From NCBI GenBank assembly GCA_963738485.1, contig CAVTWK010000005.1, positions 388,690 through 452,689 on the forward strand: DNA of 64,000 nt, written 5' to 3'. Positions 9,104-18,299 of this stretch are shown piece by piece (position 1 is the stretch's first letter; each line of letters begins with the position of its first letter). Origin of the DNA: an uncultured Acidobacteriota bacterium (GTDB taxonomy: Bacteria; Acidobacteriota; Vicinamibacteria; Vicinamibacterales; SCN-69-37). The position numbers were made by a program, and so were the translations under genes. Under the pieces are notes generated by a model. The model was not told the origin of the DNA, did not search any database, and was given only the letters and a program-made list of their open reading frames with translations.

Positions 9104-9820
9104 TCAGGCCGGCCGGACGAGCATCTCCTCGACGATGACTCGGGCCGGGAGCGTGAGGCAGAAGAGGACACAGTCGGCGACGTCGTCTGGCTGCATCATC
9201 CGCTCGCGGGCCTCGGCTGAGGGTGGCTGCGGCCGTCGTTCCAGAAGGGGCGTATCGATGTCGCCGGGGAAGATGGCGCACGCGCGAATGCCGCGGCCGC
9301 GTTCCTCGGCGTTGATGCTCTGCGTCAGACCGGTCAGGCCGAACTTGCTCATCACGTAACCGGGACCGGACTTGGCCGAGGCGATCTTGCCGGCATCCGA
9401 GATGATGTTGACGATGGTACCCGCGCCGGCCGCGCGCATGTGCGGGAGGACGGCCTGGGCGCAGTAGTAGGCCCCGTGCAGGTTGGTGCCGATCATCGCG
9501 TGGTAGTCGTCGAGCGAGAGCACGTCGAGTGAACGGGCCGGGACGTTGGTGCCGGCCGCGTTGACGAGGGCGTCCACGCGGCCAAAGGCCGCGTGGACGT
9601 CCTCGGCGGCGCGCGCGACGGCGGCCGCGTCGGTGATGTCGCAGGGATATGCCCGCAGCTGGCCGGCCGGTCGGCCGGCCAGCGCAATCGTCTCCGCCAG
9701 TGCGTCGGCGCGTCGCCCGAAGAGGGCGACGCGCCAGCCGCGCTCGGCGAGTTTCAGGGCGACGGCGCGGCCGACGCCGCTGCCGGCGCCGGTGACGAGA
9801 GCAGTGTGGGACTCAGACAC
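9104..9820 (-). CDS. SDR-family oxidoreductase
   Basis: Rossmann motif TGAGSGVGRA, the NAAG motif, and catalytic YVMSK (YxxxK). Confidence 0.9.
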   Translation of the reverse strand: MSESHTALVTGAGSGVGRAVALKLAERGWRVALFGRRADALAETIALAGRPAGQLRAYPCDITDAAAVARAAEDVHAAFGRVDALVNAAGTNVPARSLDVLSLDDYHAMIGTNLHGAYYCAQAVLPHMRAAGAGTIVNIISDAGKIASAKSGPGYVMSKFGLTGLTQSINAEERGRGIRACAIFPGDIDTPLLERRPQPPSAEARERMMQPDDVADCVLFCLTLPARVIVEEMLVRPA

Positions 9821-9829
9821 GGGACGATG

Positions 9830-10175
9830 ATAAACGGGCTACGGGAAACAGCCTACGGGAGACGGGCTACGGCGGACGGACGACGGGAAACAGCCTACGG
9901 CCTACGGGAGACGGGCTACGTCAGACGGCCTACGGCCTACGGCAGACGGCCTACGGCCTACGGTAGACGGCAGCCCGCGCGACAGCAGACGGGCGACGAA
10001 GCAAGGTACACGCACAGGGGGCCGGCTCGTCGAGCCGGCCCCCTGTCGTTTCCGCTGTTCCGCTGTCGATGGCCGTAGCCTGTAGGCCGTGAGCCGTCGC
10101 CCGTGGCCCGTCTGCCGTAGGCCGTAGGCCGTCTGCCGTAGGCTGTAGCCCGTAGGCGGTCTGCCGTCTCCCGTC
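9830..10175. repeat. inverted pair of heptanucleotide arrays (ACGG-type then CCGT-type) around a GC hairpin
   Basis: 9833-9985 reads ctacggg aaacagc ctacggg agacggg ctacggc... 10066-10175 reads ccgtagc ctgtagg ccgtgag ccgtcgc ccgtggc ccgtctg... The central hairpin is CAGGGGGCCGGCTCG/CGAGCCGGCCCCCTG at 10015-10045. Confidence 0.9.
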
Positions 10176-13100
10176 CTACCGTCCCAGCCAGATGTCTTCG
10201 AGCACGTTGAACGTCTGTGTGCCCACTTCGCGGCCGGCGATCGCCAGTGAGACGCGATAGACGCCCACGCCGATCCCGCCTCCGCCGCCCCCACCGAAGC
10301 CGCCGCCTCCGCCGCCACGGCCGCCACCTCCGGCGCCCGCCGTGCACGACGTCGGCGTCGCCGGTGCGGCCGGTGTCGCCGCCGGCGCGGGCGCCGCAGC
10401 CTGGCCACGACCTCCGCCGGCGCCGCCGCCTGCGCGACCCCCGCCCCCGCCGCCCGCAGGGTCGCCGGCCAACGCCCACTGGAACCGGTTGAGACCGGCG
10501 TTGCCCGTGCCGACGCACGTGCGGACGGCCTGTCCGGTCGCTGTGTTCGTGATCGTCACCCGCACTTCACCAGGCGCCGCCGCCTTCAGGTAGTAGGCGA
10601 TCGCCGTGCCGCGCGGCGCGACTTCGCCTGACCACCACTTGTCACCCGGGATCTCGGTGACGTTGAGCCGGTCGGCCTTCCACAGCACGGCCTCGCGCGG
10701 CGCGAACAGGACGTTGTCCTTGGCTACGTTCTCCGCGGTCATCTGCTGCAGCGGGGAGATGTCGTCCAGAATCCACACGCCGCGCGAGTGCGTGCCGAGA
10801 ATCAGGTCGTTGTCGCGCGGATGCACGACCACCTCGTCGATGCGGCCCTGCGGCAGGTTCGGCATGAACGATTCCCACGTCTTGCCGTCGTCGAGCGAGA
10901 CGTAGAAACCGTACTCCGTCGGCGCGTAGAGCAGGTTGCGGTTCTTCGGGTCCTGCCTGATCGAGTTGACGTTGCCCTGCGGCAGGTTGCCGGAAACCGA
11001 CGTCCACGTCGTGCCGTAGTCGGTGGTCTTGAAGATGTACGGCTTGAAGTCGTTGTTCCGCTTGCCGTCGAGGGCGATGTACGCGGTGCCCGCGTCGTAC
11101 CAGGACGCCTCGAGGCCCGAGACGTAGGTCTCGTGGTTGACGCCGGGGATGTTCTTGCCGACCTCGGTGAACGTCAGCCCGTTGTCCTTGCTCACCTGGA
11201 TGTTGCCGTCGTCAGTGCCGGCCCAGACGATGCCCGGCAGGACGGGGGACTCGGCCACCTCGGTGATCGACCCGTACTCGTTGGCGACGTAGCCGTCGTG
11301 GCGCGAGAGGATGCAGGGCTTGCCCCGATTCTGCCCGCCGCCGCCACGTCCGCCGCCCCCGCAGGCAGGCAGCCCGTACGACTGTTCGAGAATCGTGCGC
11401 TGCGTGATGTCGATGCCCTTGCCGATGTTCTGCGACATCATCCAGGACTGTCCACGATCACGCGAGATGAACAGCTGACGCCCACCCACGATGACGGTGC
11501 TGGGATTGTGGGGCGACAGCCGAATCGGCGTGTTCCAGTTGAACTGCATGATGGCGTCGGCCGGCGGCGTGTTGATCACGTTGCCGCGCCCGCCGCCACC
11601 CTGTCCGCCGCCCCCACCGCCACCGCGCCCGGCGAGACTGGGCCGGATCGACTGCGTGACGCCGGTCGAGACGTCGTACCGGTTGATGTTGCCGTTCTGC
11701 GACTCGGTGTAGAACACGTTCGGGTTGGTCGGATCGACCTGCGTCTGGAATCCGTCGCCGCCGCCCACGCTGATCCAGTTCCACTGGTGGATGCCGCCCG
11801 TTCGCGTCGAACTCGGTCCGCACCACGACCCGTTGTCCTGCAGACCGGTGCAGACCCAGTAGGGCCGCCGCATGTCGTGCGAGACGTGGTAGGACAGCGC
11901 CACGCCCCACATGCGGATCGACTCCCACCGGAGGCCGCCGTCATAGGAGACGTCGATGCCGCCGTCGTTGCCGTACATCACGTGATTGCTGTTCTGCTGA
12001 CTGATCCAGATCGCGTGGTTGTCCACGTGGCCCTGCCCGACCAGTGTCGTGAACGTCTTGCCGCCGTCCACCGACTTGCGCGGGTTGACGCCACCGACGT
12101 AGACGACGTCGGCGTTGGTGGGATCGACCCGGATCTGGCTGTAGTACATCGGGCGCTGGTTCTCGTTGGACATGAACGTCCAGGTCTTGCCCTTGTCAAT
12201 CGACCGCCAGACGCCGCTCGACTGCGGATCGGGCGCCGCGGCGGCCGCGCCGCCAGCGCGGCCGCCCCCCGCCTGCCCGCCCGCCAAAGCACCACCCCCC
12301 GCTGCCGCTGGTGCGGCGGCGGGGGCATCGGGATCCGCCTGCACGGCCGCTGATTCCTTGTCGGGCGCCACTTCAATCTGCGCGTAGATCACGTTGGGGT
12401 TCGACCGCGAGATGTCCAGGCCGATGCGCCCCATGGTGCCGCGCGGCAGACCGGTGCCCGTGACCTTCTTCCAGGTCTTGCCGCCGTCGGTGCTCTGGTG
12501 GATCCCGCTGCCGGGACCTCCGCCGACGTAGCCCCACGCCGTGCGGCGATGCTCGTACATCGCGGCCCACAGGTTGTTCGGGTTCGACGGGTCAATGACC
12601 AGGTCGGTCGCGCCCGTGTCGGGCGTGACGAACAGCGTCTTGGTCCACGTCGTGCCGCCGTTGGTGGACATGAACACGCCGCGCTCGTCGTTCGGACCAT
12701 ACAGGTGGCCGTTGGCCGCGACCCAGACGATGTTCGGGTCCTTCGGGTGGACGACAATCCGCGAGATCGACTGCGTGTCCTTGAGGCCGATGTTGACGAA
12801 CGTGATGTCCTCGGCGTTGGCCGTCGAGGCGTTCGTGCTCTTCCAGACGCCGTTGCCGAAGGAACTCGACTGCCGGTTGTTGGGCTCACCCGTGCCGACG
12901 TAGAGGATGTTGGGGTCGGTCGGCGCGAGCGCCAGATCGCCGATCGAACTGGTGCCGTGGCTGTCGAAGATCGGGTCGTAGGTCGTGCCGTTGTTGACGG
13001 TCCGCCAGATGCCACTCACCGCGAACCCGACGAAGTAGGTGAATGGCGCCTTCTCGTTGACCGCGAAGTCGTCGATACGCCCGCCCTGTCCGGTGGGACC

Positions 13101-13283
13101 AATCTCCCGCCAACGGAATCCCTGGAGGTTGGGATTGGTCGGGGCGTTCAGCATCCGCGCGGCCGGCTGCGCGGCCGGTGCCTGGGTGCGGGCCATCAGC
13201 CCGGCGACGAACGGCGAGGCCAGCACGGCTGCCCCCGCGAGAAATGCCAATCTGCTTCGATGCCGCCTTCGATCCGTCCGCAT
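10176..13283 (-). CDS. VPS10/sortilin-like BNR (Asp-box) repeat beta-propeller protein with Gly-rich inserts
   Basis: 1035 aa with a signal peptide. Asp-box-like S.DGG.TW motifs repeat (STNGGTTWTK, STDGGKTWKK, SIDKGKTWTF, SVDGGKTFTT, SYDGGLRWES, SLDDGKTWES). The frame is intact. Confidence 0.85.
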   Translation of the reverse strand: MRTDRRRHRSRLAFLAGAAVLASPFVAGLMARTQAPAAQPAARMLNAPTNPNLQGFRWREIGPTGQGGRIDDFAVNEKAPFTYFVGFAVSGIWRTVNNGTTYDPIFDSHGTSSIGDLALAPTDPNILYVGTGEPNNRQSSSFGNGVWKSTNASTANAEDITFVNIGLKDTQSISRIVVHPKDPNIVWVAANGHLYGPNDERGVFMSTNGGTTWTKTLFVTPDTGATDLVIDPSNPNNLWAAMYEHRRTAWGYVGGGPGSGIHQSTDGGKTWKKVTGTGLPRGTMGRIGLDISRSNPNVIYAQIEVAPDKESAAVQADPDAPAAAPAAAGGGALAGGQAGGGRAGGAAAAAPDPQSSGVWRSIDKGKTWTFMSNENQRPMYYSQIRVDPTNADVVYVGGVNPRKSVDGGKTFTTLVGQGHVDNHAIWISQQNSNHVMYGNDGGIDVSYDGGLRWESIRMWGVALSYHVSHDMRRPYWVCTGLQDNGSWCGPSSTRTGGIHQWNWISVGGGDGFQTQVDPTNPNVFYTESQNGNINRYDVSTGVTQSIRPSLAGRGGGGGGGQGGGGRGNVINTPPADAIMQFNWNTPIRLSPHNPSTVIVGGRQLFISRDRGQSWMMSQNIGKGIDITQRTILEQSYGLPACGGGGRGGGGQNRGKPCILSRHDGYVANEYGSITEVAESPVLPGIVWAGTDDGNIQVSKDNGLTFTEVGKNIPGVNHETYVSGLEASWYDAGTAYIALDGKRNNDFKPYIFKTTDYGTTWTSVSGNLPQGNVNSIRQDPKNRNLLYAPTEYGFYVSLDDGKTWESFMPNLPQGRIDEVVVHPRDNDLILGTHSRGVWILDDISPLQQMTAENVAKDNVLFAPREAVLWKADRLNVTEIPGDKWWSGEVAPRGTAIAYYLKAAAPGEVRVTITNTATGQAVRTCVGTGNAGLNRFQWALAGDPAGGGGGGRAGGGAGGGRGQAAAPAPAATPAAPATPTSCTAGAGGGGRGGGGGGFGGGGGGGIGVGVYRVSLAIAGREVGTQTFNVLEDIWLGR

Positions 13284-13347
13284 ACACCTCTCCTTGACTC
13301 GGTCTTCCCGCTGAATTGGGGTGGGTGGCCGCTTAAGGGGCCCTCCG

Positions 13348-13374
13348 GGTGGGCTGATATTACATCAGCCCACC
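13348..13374. other. perfect 11-bp stem / 5-nt loop hairpin
   Basis: GGTGGGCTGAT attac ATCAGCCCACC, between the BNR-gene start and the heptamer arrays. Confidence 0.6.
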
Positions 13375-13583
13375 GGCTACGGCAGACAGACGACGGTCTA
13401 CGGGAGACGGTCTACGGCACGGGGCCGACAGCAGACAGGCGACGGCAGAACACGGGAGATGGCTGGCGACTGGCGGCCGCAGGCTGTTGCCGCTGTAGGC
13501 CGTGGGCTGTTGTCGCCCGTTTGCCGTCGCCCGTCCGCCGTAGCCTGTTGGCTGTTTGCTGTTGCCCGTTTGCCGTCTGCCGA
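13375..13583. repeat. inverted pair of heptanucleotide arrays
   Basis: 13375-13470 is ACGG-type (ctacggc agacaga cgacggt ctacggg agacggt ctacggc). 13490-13583 is CCGT-type (ccgctgt aggccgt gggctgt tgtcgcc cgtttgc cgtcgcc...). The pair abuts the M23 stop codon. Confidence 0.85.
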
Positions 13584-14956
13584 TTACTGTCCGCGCAGCT
13601 TCCGGATGATGCGGTCTTCGATCCAGTGCGAATCCCACCACTCGATGGGGTTGACCATCCGGCCGTTGACCAACATCGTGAAGTGGAGGTGGTCGCCGCC
13701 GGCCATGCCCGTCATGCCACTCCTCCCCAGTGTCTGGCCTTTCTCGACCATGTCTCCGACCTTCACCCCGATGCTCGAGAAGTGGGCGTAGAGCGATTGC
13801 ACGCCCATCCCGTGGTCCACGATCACGCAATTGCCGTAGATGCCGAGCTCTTCGGCCATGAGGACCTTACCTCGATTGGCCGCGACGACAGGCGTGTTGG
13901 CATAGGACGCGAGATCGAAGCCCAGATGGACCTGCTTGTCTACCTCCTTCCCCTGATAGAGGTAGGTGCGCTGGTCGGCGAACGCGGACTCGGCCGACGA
14001 GTTGGTGAACGGATGGAAGACGGCGCCCTGCCAGAGCATCTCGGGGGCCGTCTGCGTCGCGAAGGACGCGATCTTCGCCGCGTTCTTCTTCCGCAGGTCG
14101 CTGTTGATCGCGACGAACTGCTCGATGAGCGTGCCGGTGGGCTTGATCTCGGTGGTTCCCGCCAGAATCGCTGGCACCACGCGTTCGATCAGCTTGTCGG
14201 TGATCTCGATCCGGCTCTGCTTGAACGGCTTCGGGAAGGTGCGGTAGTCGAAGCTCGCGCGCGCGGTGTTGCCGGCCTCGTCCCGCGCGAACAGGTGCAT
14301 CGACGCCGTCGACGGGCTGGTCGTGCAGCAGCGCGAAGAAGGCCACGCGCAGCGTGGCATCGGACACGTCGATCCCGGGGACCGTGGCTCCGGCGACGGG
14401 GAATCCCGGGTACTCGACGTCACCGACGACCACCCCTGATTGCACATCCGCCGGCGAGACCCGGTAGACGACCATCTCGGCCCCGCCAAGGTTGACGTAG
14501 TGATGGGTGGAGTGCACCGACACCCGCGGGGGATCGAGCCGGACGACCACGTCGCGCGTCGTCGTTGACTCGATCTGGCGAAGCCCGTAAAGGACCGGTC
14601 GCGACGCGGTGACGATGAGGCGGCCGGGGCCGTTGGCCAGACCGGGGACCTGCTCGCGTCCCACGGGACGCGTCAGGGTGATGCGGTTGGGATGGGCCGG
14701 ATCGGTCAGTCCGGCCGTCGTCGCGCCTGCCAGGGAGAAGACCGGCGTGCGCGCTGCCGTTCTGCTCGAACGCAATGGTCAGTGCGGACACCGCGGCCCC
14801 AGGCGCCTCGACCCAGACTTCCACAGGGGTCGTGGTGCCGACGAAGCGTTCGGGTCTGGCCAGGGTGATCGCCGGAGGCGCCAGGAACCCGGCGCCGATG
14901 TACGTACCGAGGGCGGCGAGCAGGAGGACGACGAGCAGCACGACGAGCTTGCGCAT
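13584..14956 (-). pseudogene. M23-family metallopeptidase, frameshifted as assembled
   Basis: N-terminal anchor MRKLVVLLVVLLLAALGTYIGAG. C-terminal LytM motifs VIVDHGMGVQSLYAHFS and GMAGGDHLHFTMLVNG. Coding signal moves through three frames, with joins near 14760 and 14301. Confidence 0.8.
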
Positions 14957-15003
14957 CCAGTGATCATATCTTTGCTAGAGTGGGTCCCACACGAGGGCTC
15001 CCT

Positions 15004-16323
15004 ATGGTCTCGACGCCGGGTACGTCCAGGTTGTCTCCGAATACCAGCACCGTTCTGTCGATCATCATGGGCGGCGGGGCCGGCACGCGCCTGTTTCCGC
15101 TCACCAAGGAACGCGCCAAGCCCGCGGTGCCGCTCGCCGGCAAGTACCGGCTCGTGGACATCCCGATCTCCAACTGCATCAACTCGGATCTGCGGCGCAT
15201 CTACCTGCTGACCCAGTTCAACTCGGCGTCCCTGCACCGGCACATGGCGCAGTCCTACAAGTTCGACCATTTCACGAGCGGGTTCGTCGAAATTCTCGCG
15301 GCCGAACAGACGCACGGCGACACATCCTGGTACCAGGGCACGGCCGACGCCGTCCGCAAGAACCTCGTCCATTTCCTCGACCACGACTTCGAGTACGTGC
15401 TCATCCTGAGCGGCGACCAGCTCTACCGCATGGACTTCCGCGAGGTCATCGGCCAGCACGTCGCGAGCGGCGCCGAACTGACGGTCGCGACCATCCCGGT
15501 GATGCGCCGCGAGGCGTCGCAGCTCGGCATCATGCAGATCAATCGCGATCGGCGCATCACGCGCTTCGTCGAGAAACCCAAGGACGAAGCCTTGCAGGCC
15601 AGCCTCGCCCTGCCCGAGGACATGTACGCGCCGCTCGGACTGGCGCGCGACAGCGAGGACCGCCTGCTCGCCTCCATGGGCATCTACGTCTTCAACCGGG
15701 ACGTGCTGCTCAAGCTCCTCGACAACGATTTCACCGATTTCGGCAAGCACATCATCCCCGGGGCCATCGACACGCATCGCGTGTTCTCGTACGTCTTCCA
15801 CGGCTACTGGGAGGACATCGGGACCATCCGGGCCTTCTTCGAAGCCAACCTCGATGTGGCTTCGGACCTGCCGCGCTTCAACTTCTTCGACATGTCAGCG
15901 CCGATCTTCACCAGGCCGCGCTTGCTGCCGGCGTCGAAGATCAACGGCGCCCAGATCGACCACGGCGTGATCTCGGACGGCTGCATCCTGAGCCAGACCG
16001 TCATCCAGCAGTCGGTCGTCGGCATCCGCAGCGTGCTCTCGCCCGGGAGCAAGCTCTACCGGACCATCATGCTCGGCAGCGATTTCTACGAGTCAGAGTG
16101 GTCGATCGCCGAACACGAGGCCGTCGGCGCGCCACGGATCGGCATCGGCAGCAACACGCGGATCGAGAACGCCATCATCGACAAGAACGCCCGCATCGGC
16201 AACGACGTCGTCATCACGCCGAACGGCAAACCCGAGAACATGGACGCCGCGTCCTTCTACATCCGCGACGGCATCGTCATCATCCCGAAGAACGGCGTGG
16301 TCCCTCACGGGACGGTGATCTGA
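15004..16323 (+). CDS. glgC: glucose-1-phosphate adenylyltransferase
   Basis: IIMGGGAGTRLFPLTKERAKPAVPLAGKYRLVDIPISNCINS, followed by a left-handed beta-helix C-terminus. ATG at 15004. Confidence 0.9.
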   Translation: MVSTPGTSRLSPNTSTVLSIIMGGGAGTRLFPLTKERAKPAVPLAGKYRLVDIPISNCINSDLRRIYLLTQFNSASLHRHMAQSYKFDHFTSGFVEILAAEQTHGDTSWYQGTADAVRKNLVHFLDHDFEYVLILSGDQLYRMDFREVIGQHVASGAELTVATIPVMRREASQLGIMQINRDRRITRFVEKPKDEALQASLALPEDMYAPLGLARDSEDRLLASMGIYVFNRDVLLKLLDNDFTDFGKHIIPGAIDTHRVFSYVFHGYWEDIGTIRAFFEANLDVASDLPRFNFFDMSAPIFTRPRLLPASKINGAQIDHGVISDGCILSQTVIQQSVVGIRSVLSPGSKLYRTIMLGSDFYESEWSIAEHEAVGAPRIGIGSNTRIENAIIDKNARIGNDVVITPNGKPENMDAASFYIRDGIVIIPKNGVVPHGTVI

Positions 16324-16420
16324 CGACGGGCTACGGCAGACGGGCTACGGTAGACGGGAGACAGCCCACGGCCTACGGCCGACAGGCCCACGGCCCCCCG
16401 GCCACGATAACGGGGCGACG
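16324..16420. repeat. heptanucleotide array, ACGG-type, about 12 units
   Basis: gacgggc tacggca gacgggc tacggta gacggga gacagcc cacggcc tacggcc gacaggc ccacggc. It fills the gap between the convergent glgC and kinase stop codons. Confidence 0.8.
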
Positions 16421-16422
16421 GC

Positions 16423-17412
16423 TTAGCCCGGTGTGACGGATGGCAACGATAGCCGCGCCTGCGCGCCACCCAGCGGGCTCAGGCCGATCGTGATGGATCC
16501 GCCGTAGAGTTCGGCGAGGTCGCGGACGATGGCGAGGCCCAGGCCGGAGCCGGGATGGACCTGGTCGGCGCGGACGCCGCGTCCCAGGACCGCTTCGCGC
16601 AGCGCCGGTTCGATGCCGGGGCCATCGTCGTCCACCTCGATCAGGACCATCGCGCCAGCAGCAGCAGAGGACACCGTGACCTGGCTCCGCGCCCACTTGC
16701 AGCCGTTGTCCAGCAGGTTGCCCAGCATCTCCTCGAGGTCGGCGCGCTCGACCCGTACGACGAGTCCGCGATCGACGCTGACCTCGACCCGCAGTTGGCG
16801 CTCGGCATAGAGGCGACGCAGGGTCCGTGCGAGCCCCTCGGCGGCCGAGAGAACGTCGGCGCGCGCGTTGAGCGTGGCCCCGGAGGCGCCGGCGCGCGCC
16901 TGGGCCAGCTGGTAGGTGATCTGGCGCTCCATGCGCGACACCTGCTGCTGGATCGTCTCGGCCAGTGCGTGCTGGCCAGCCTCCGAGGCGCGACCAGCCT
17001 CCTGGGCCAGCACGGCCAGCGGGGTCTTCAACCCATGCGCCAGGTCGCCGGCGCGCGCCTGGGCTCGCGCCACGGCCGAGGCCTGATGTTCGAGCAGCGC
17101 GTTCAGGTCGTCGATGACAGGCTGCACTTCGAGCGGATAGGTGCCGTCCACGCGCGGCGCCTCTCCGGCCCGGACCGCCCGTAAACGACGGCGCAGTTCA
17201 TCGAAGGGCGAAAGGCTCCGACGCAACTGCGTGAACCCGACGACCATGAGAATGGCCGCCGTGAACCCGATGATCGTCCAGTGCACCTCCCAGGCCGCGT
17301 GTGGCGCGTGGTTGATGACGACCATGGCGATTAGAACGGCCAGCGACAGCAGGCCGATGGTCCAGAGCGCAGACCCGACGACGAGTCTCGAGCCCAGCGA
17401 TCGTTGGGCCAT
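16423..17412 (-). CDS. two-component sensor histidine kinase
   Basis: Two N-terminal TM helices, H-box DLAHGLKTPLAVL, and ATPase boxes LLDNGCKWA, DDGPGI and GSGLGLAIV. The start overlaps the regulator stop (TGATG). Confidence 0.9.
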   Translation of the reverse strand: MAQRSLGSRLVVGSALWTIGLLSLAVLIAMVVINHAPHAAWEVHWTIIGFTAAILMVVGFTQLRRSLSPFDELRRRLRAVRAGEAPRVDGTYPLEVQPVIDDLNALLEHQASAVARAQARAGDLAHGLKTPLAVLAQEAGRASEAGQHALAETIQQQVSRMERQITYQLAQARAGASGATLNARADVLSAAEGLARTLRRLYAERQLRVEVSVDRGLVVRVERADLEEMLGNLLDNGCKWARSQVTVSSAAAGAMVLIEVDDDGPGIEPALREAVLGRGVRADQVHPGSGLGLAIVRDLAELYGGSITIGLSPLGGAQARLSLPSVTPG

Positions 17413-18074
17413 CAGGGCATGCTCGTCATTCGATAGCCCAGGCCGCGCACGGTCTCGATCGTCTGGGCCCCGACCTTCCGGCGAAGGCGGGCGATGAAGA
17501 CTTCGACGGTGTTGGAGTCGCGGTCGGCGTCCTGCGCGTAGATGTGTTCGCCCAGCTCGGCCTGTGAGACGAGGCGATCACGGTGGTGCATGAGGTACGA
17601 CAGGACGCGAAACTCATGGCTGGTCAGTCGAATGGGCTTCCCCTCGACCGTCACCCGCGCCAGTCGGGCATCGAGCGCGACCGGTCCGCACTGGATCTCG
17701 GGTGTCAACGACCGGCTCGCCCGGCGGATCAGCGCGCGCAGCCTCGCGAGCACCTCTTCGATCTGAAACGGCTTCGCGAGGTAGTCGTCCGCTCCGCTGT
17801 CGATGCCCTGGACCTTCTCATGCCAGCTGCCACGTGCGGTCAGCACCAGCACCGGCGTGAAGCATCCCGCCTCGCGCCAGCGCCGGACGAGCGTCAGGCC
17901 GTCCACGCGCGGCAATCCCAGATCCAGGAGAATCGCGTCGTACGGGGTCGTGCCTCCCATGAAGTCCGCGCGGGCGCCGTCTGTGGCGACGTCCACGACA
18001 TAGCCCGCGGCGGTCAGCGCATCTTCGAGCTGACGCGCCAGCAACGGTTCGTCCTCGGCCACGAGTACCCGCAC
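17412..18074 (-). CDS. OmpR-family response regulator
   Basis: Receiver domain (MRVLVAEDE, ILLDLGLPRVDG, YLAKPF) plus a winged-helix C-terminus (EFRVLSYLMHH, VEVFIARLRRKV). Confidence 0.9.
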   Translation of the reverse strand: MRVLVAEDEPLLARQLEDALTAAGYVVDVATDGARADFMGGTTPYDAILLDLGLPRVDGLTLVRRWREAGCFTPVLVLTARGSWHEKVQGIDSGADDYLAKPFQIEEVLARLRALIRRASRSLTPEIQCGPVALDARLARVTVEGKPIRLTSHEFRVLSYLMHHRDRLVSQAELGEHIYAQDADRDSNTVEVFIARLRRKVGAQTIETVRGLGYRMTSMP

Positions 18075-18161
18075 GGGGTCCGTTATAGCCCAGTTCGCTG
18101 AATGACAGATGAACGGTGGCGTTCAGGGCCTGTTCAGCCTGTCGGCGCTAGAGTAACTCCC

Positions 18162-18299
18162 ATGCGCAAGCGATCGTCGTCCTGGGTGGTGTTCGCCGTG
18201 GTCATCCTCGTCCTGGCCATCGTCGGCCTGGGCCTCCACTTCATGGGAGCGGACCTGACGGGCTGGACCGCCGGCATGCGGGCGTTGCACGGTGGGTAG
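18162..18299 (+). CDS. small single-TM hypothetical protein (45 aa)
   Basis: MRKRSSSWVVFAVVILVLAIVGLGLHF... overlaps the start of the downstream permease. There is no homology argument. Confidence 0.35.
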   Translation: MRKRSSSWVVFAVVILVLAIVGLGLHFMGADLTGWTAGMRALHGG

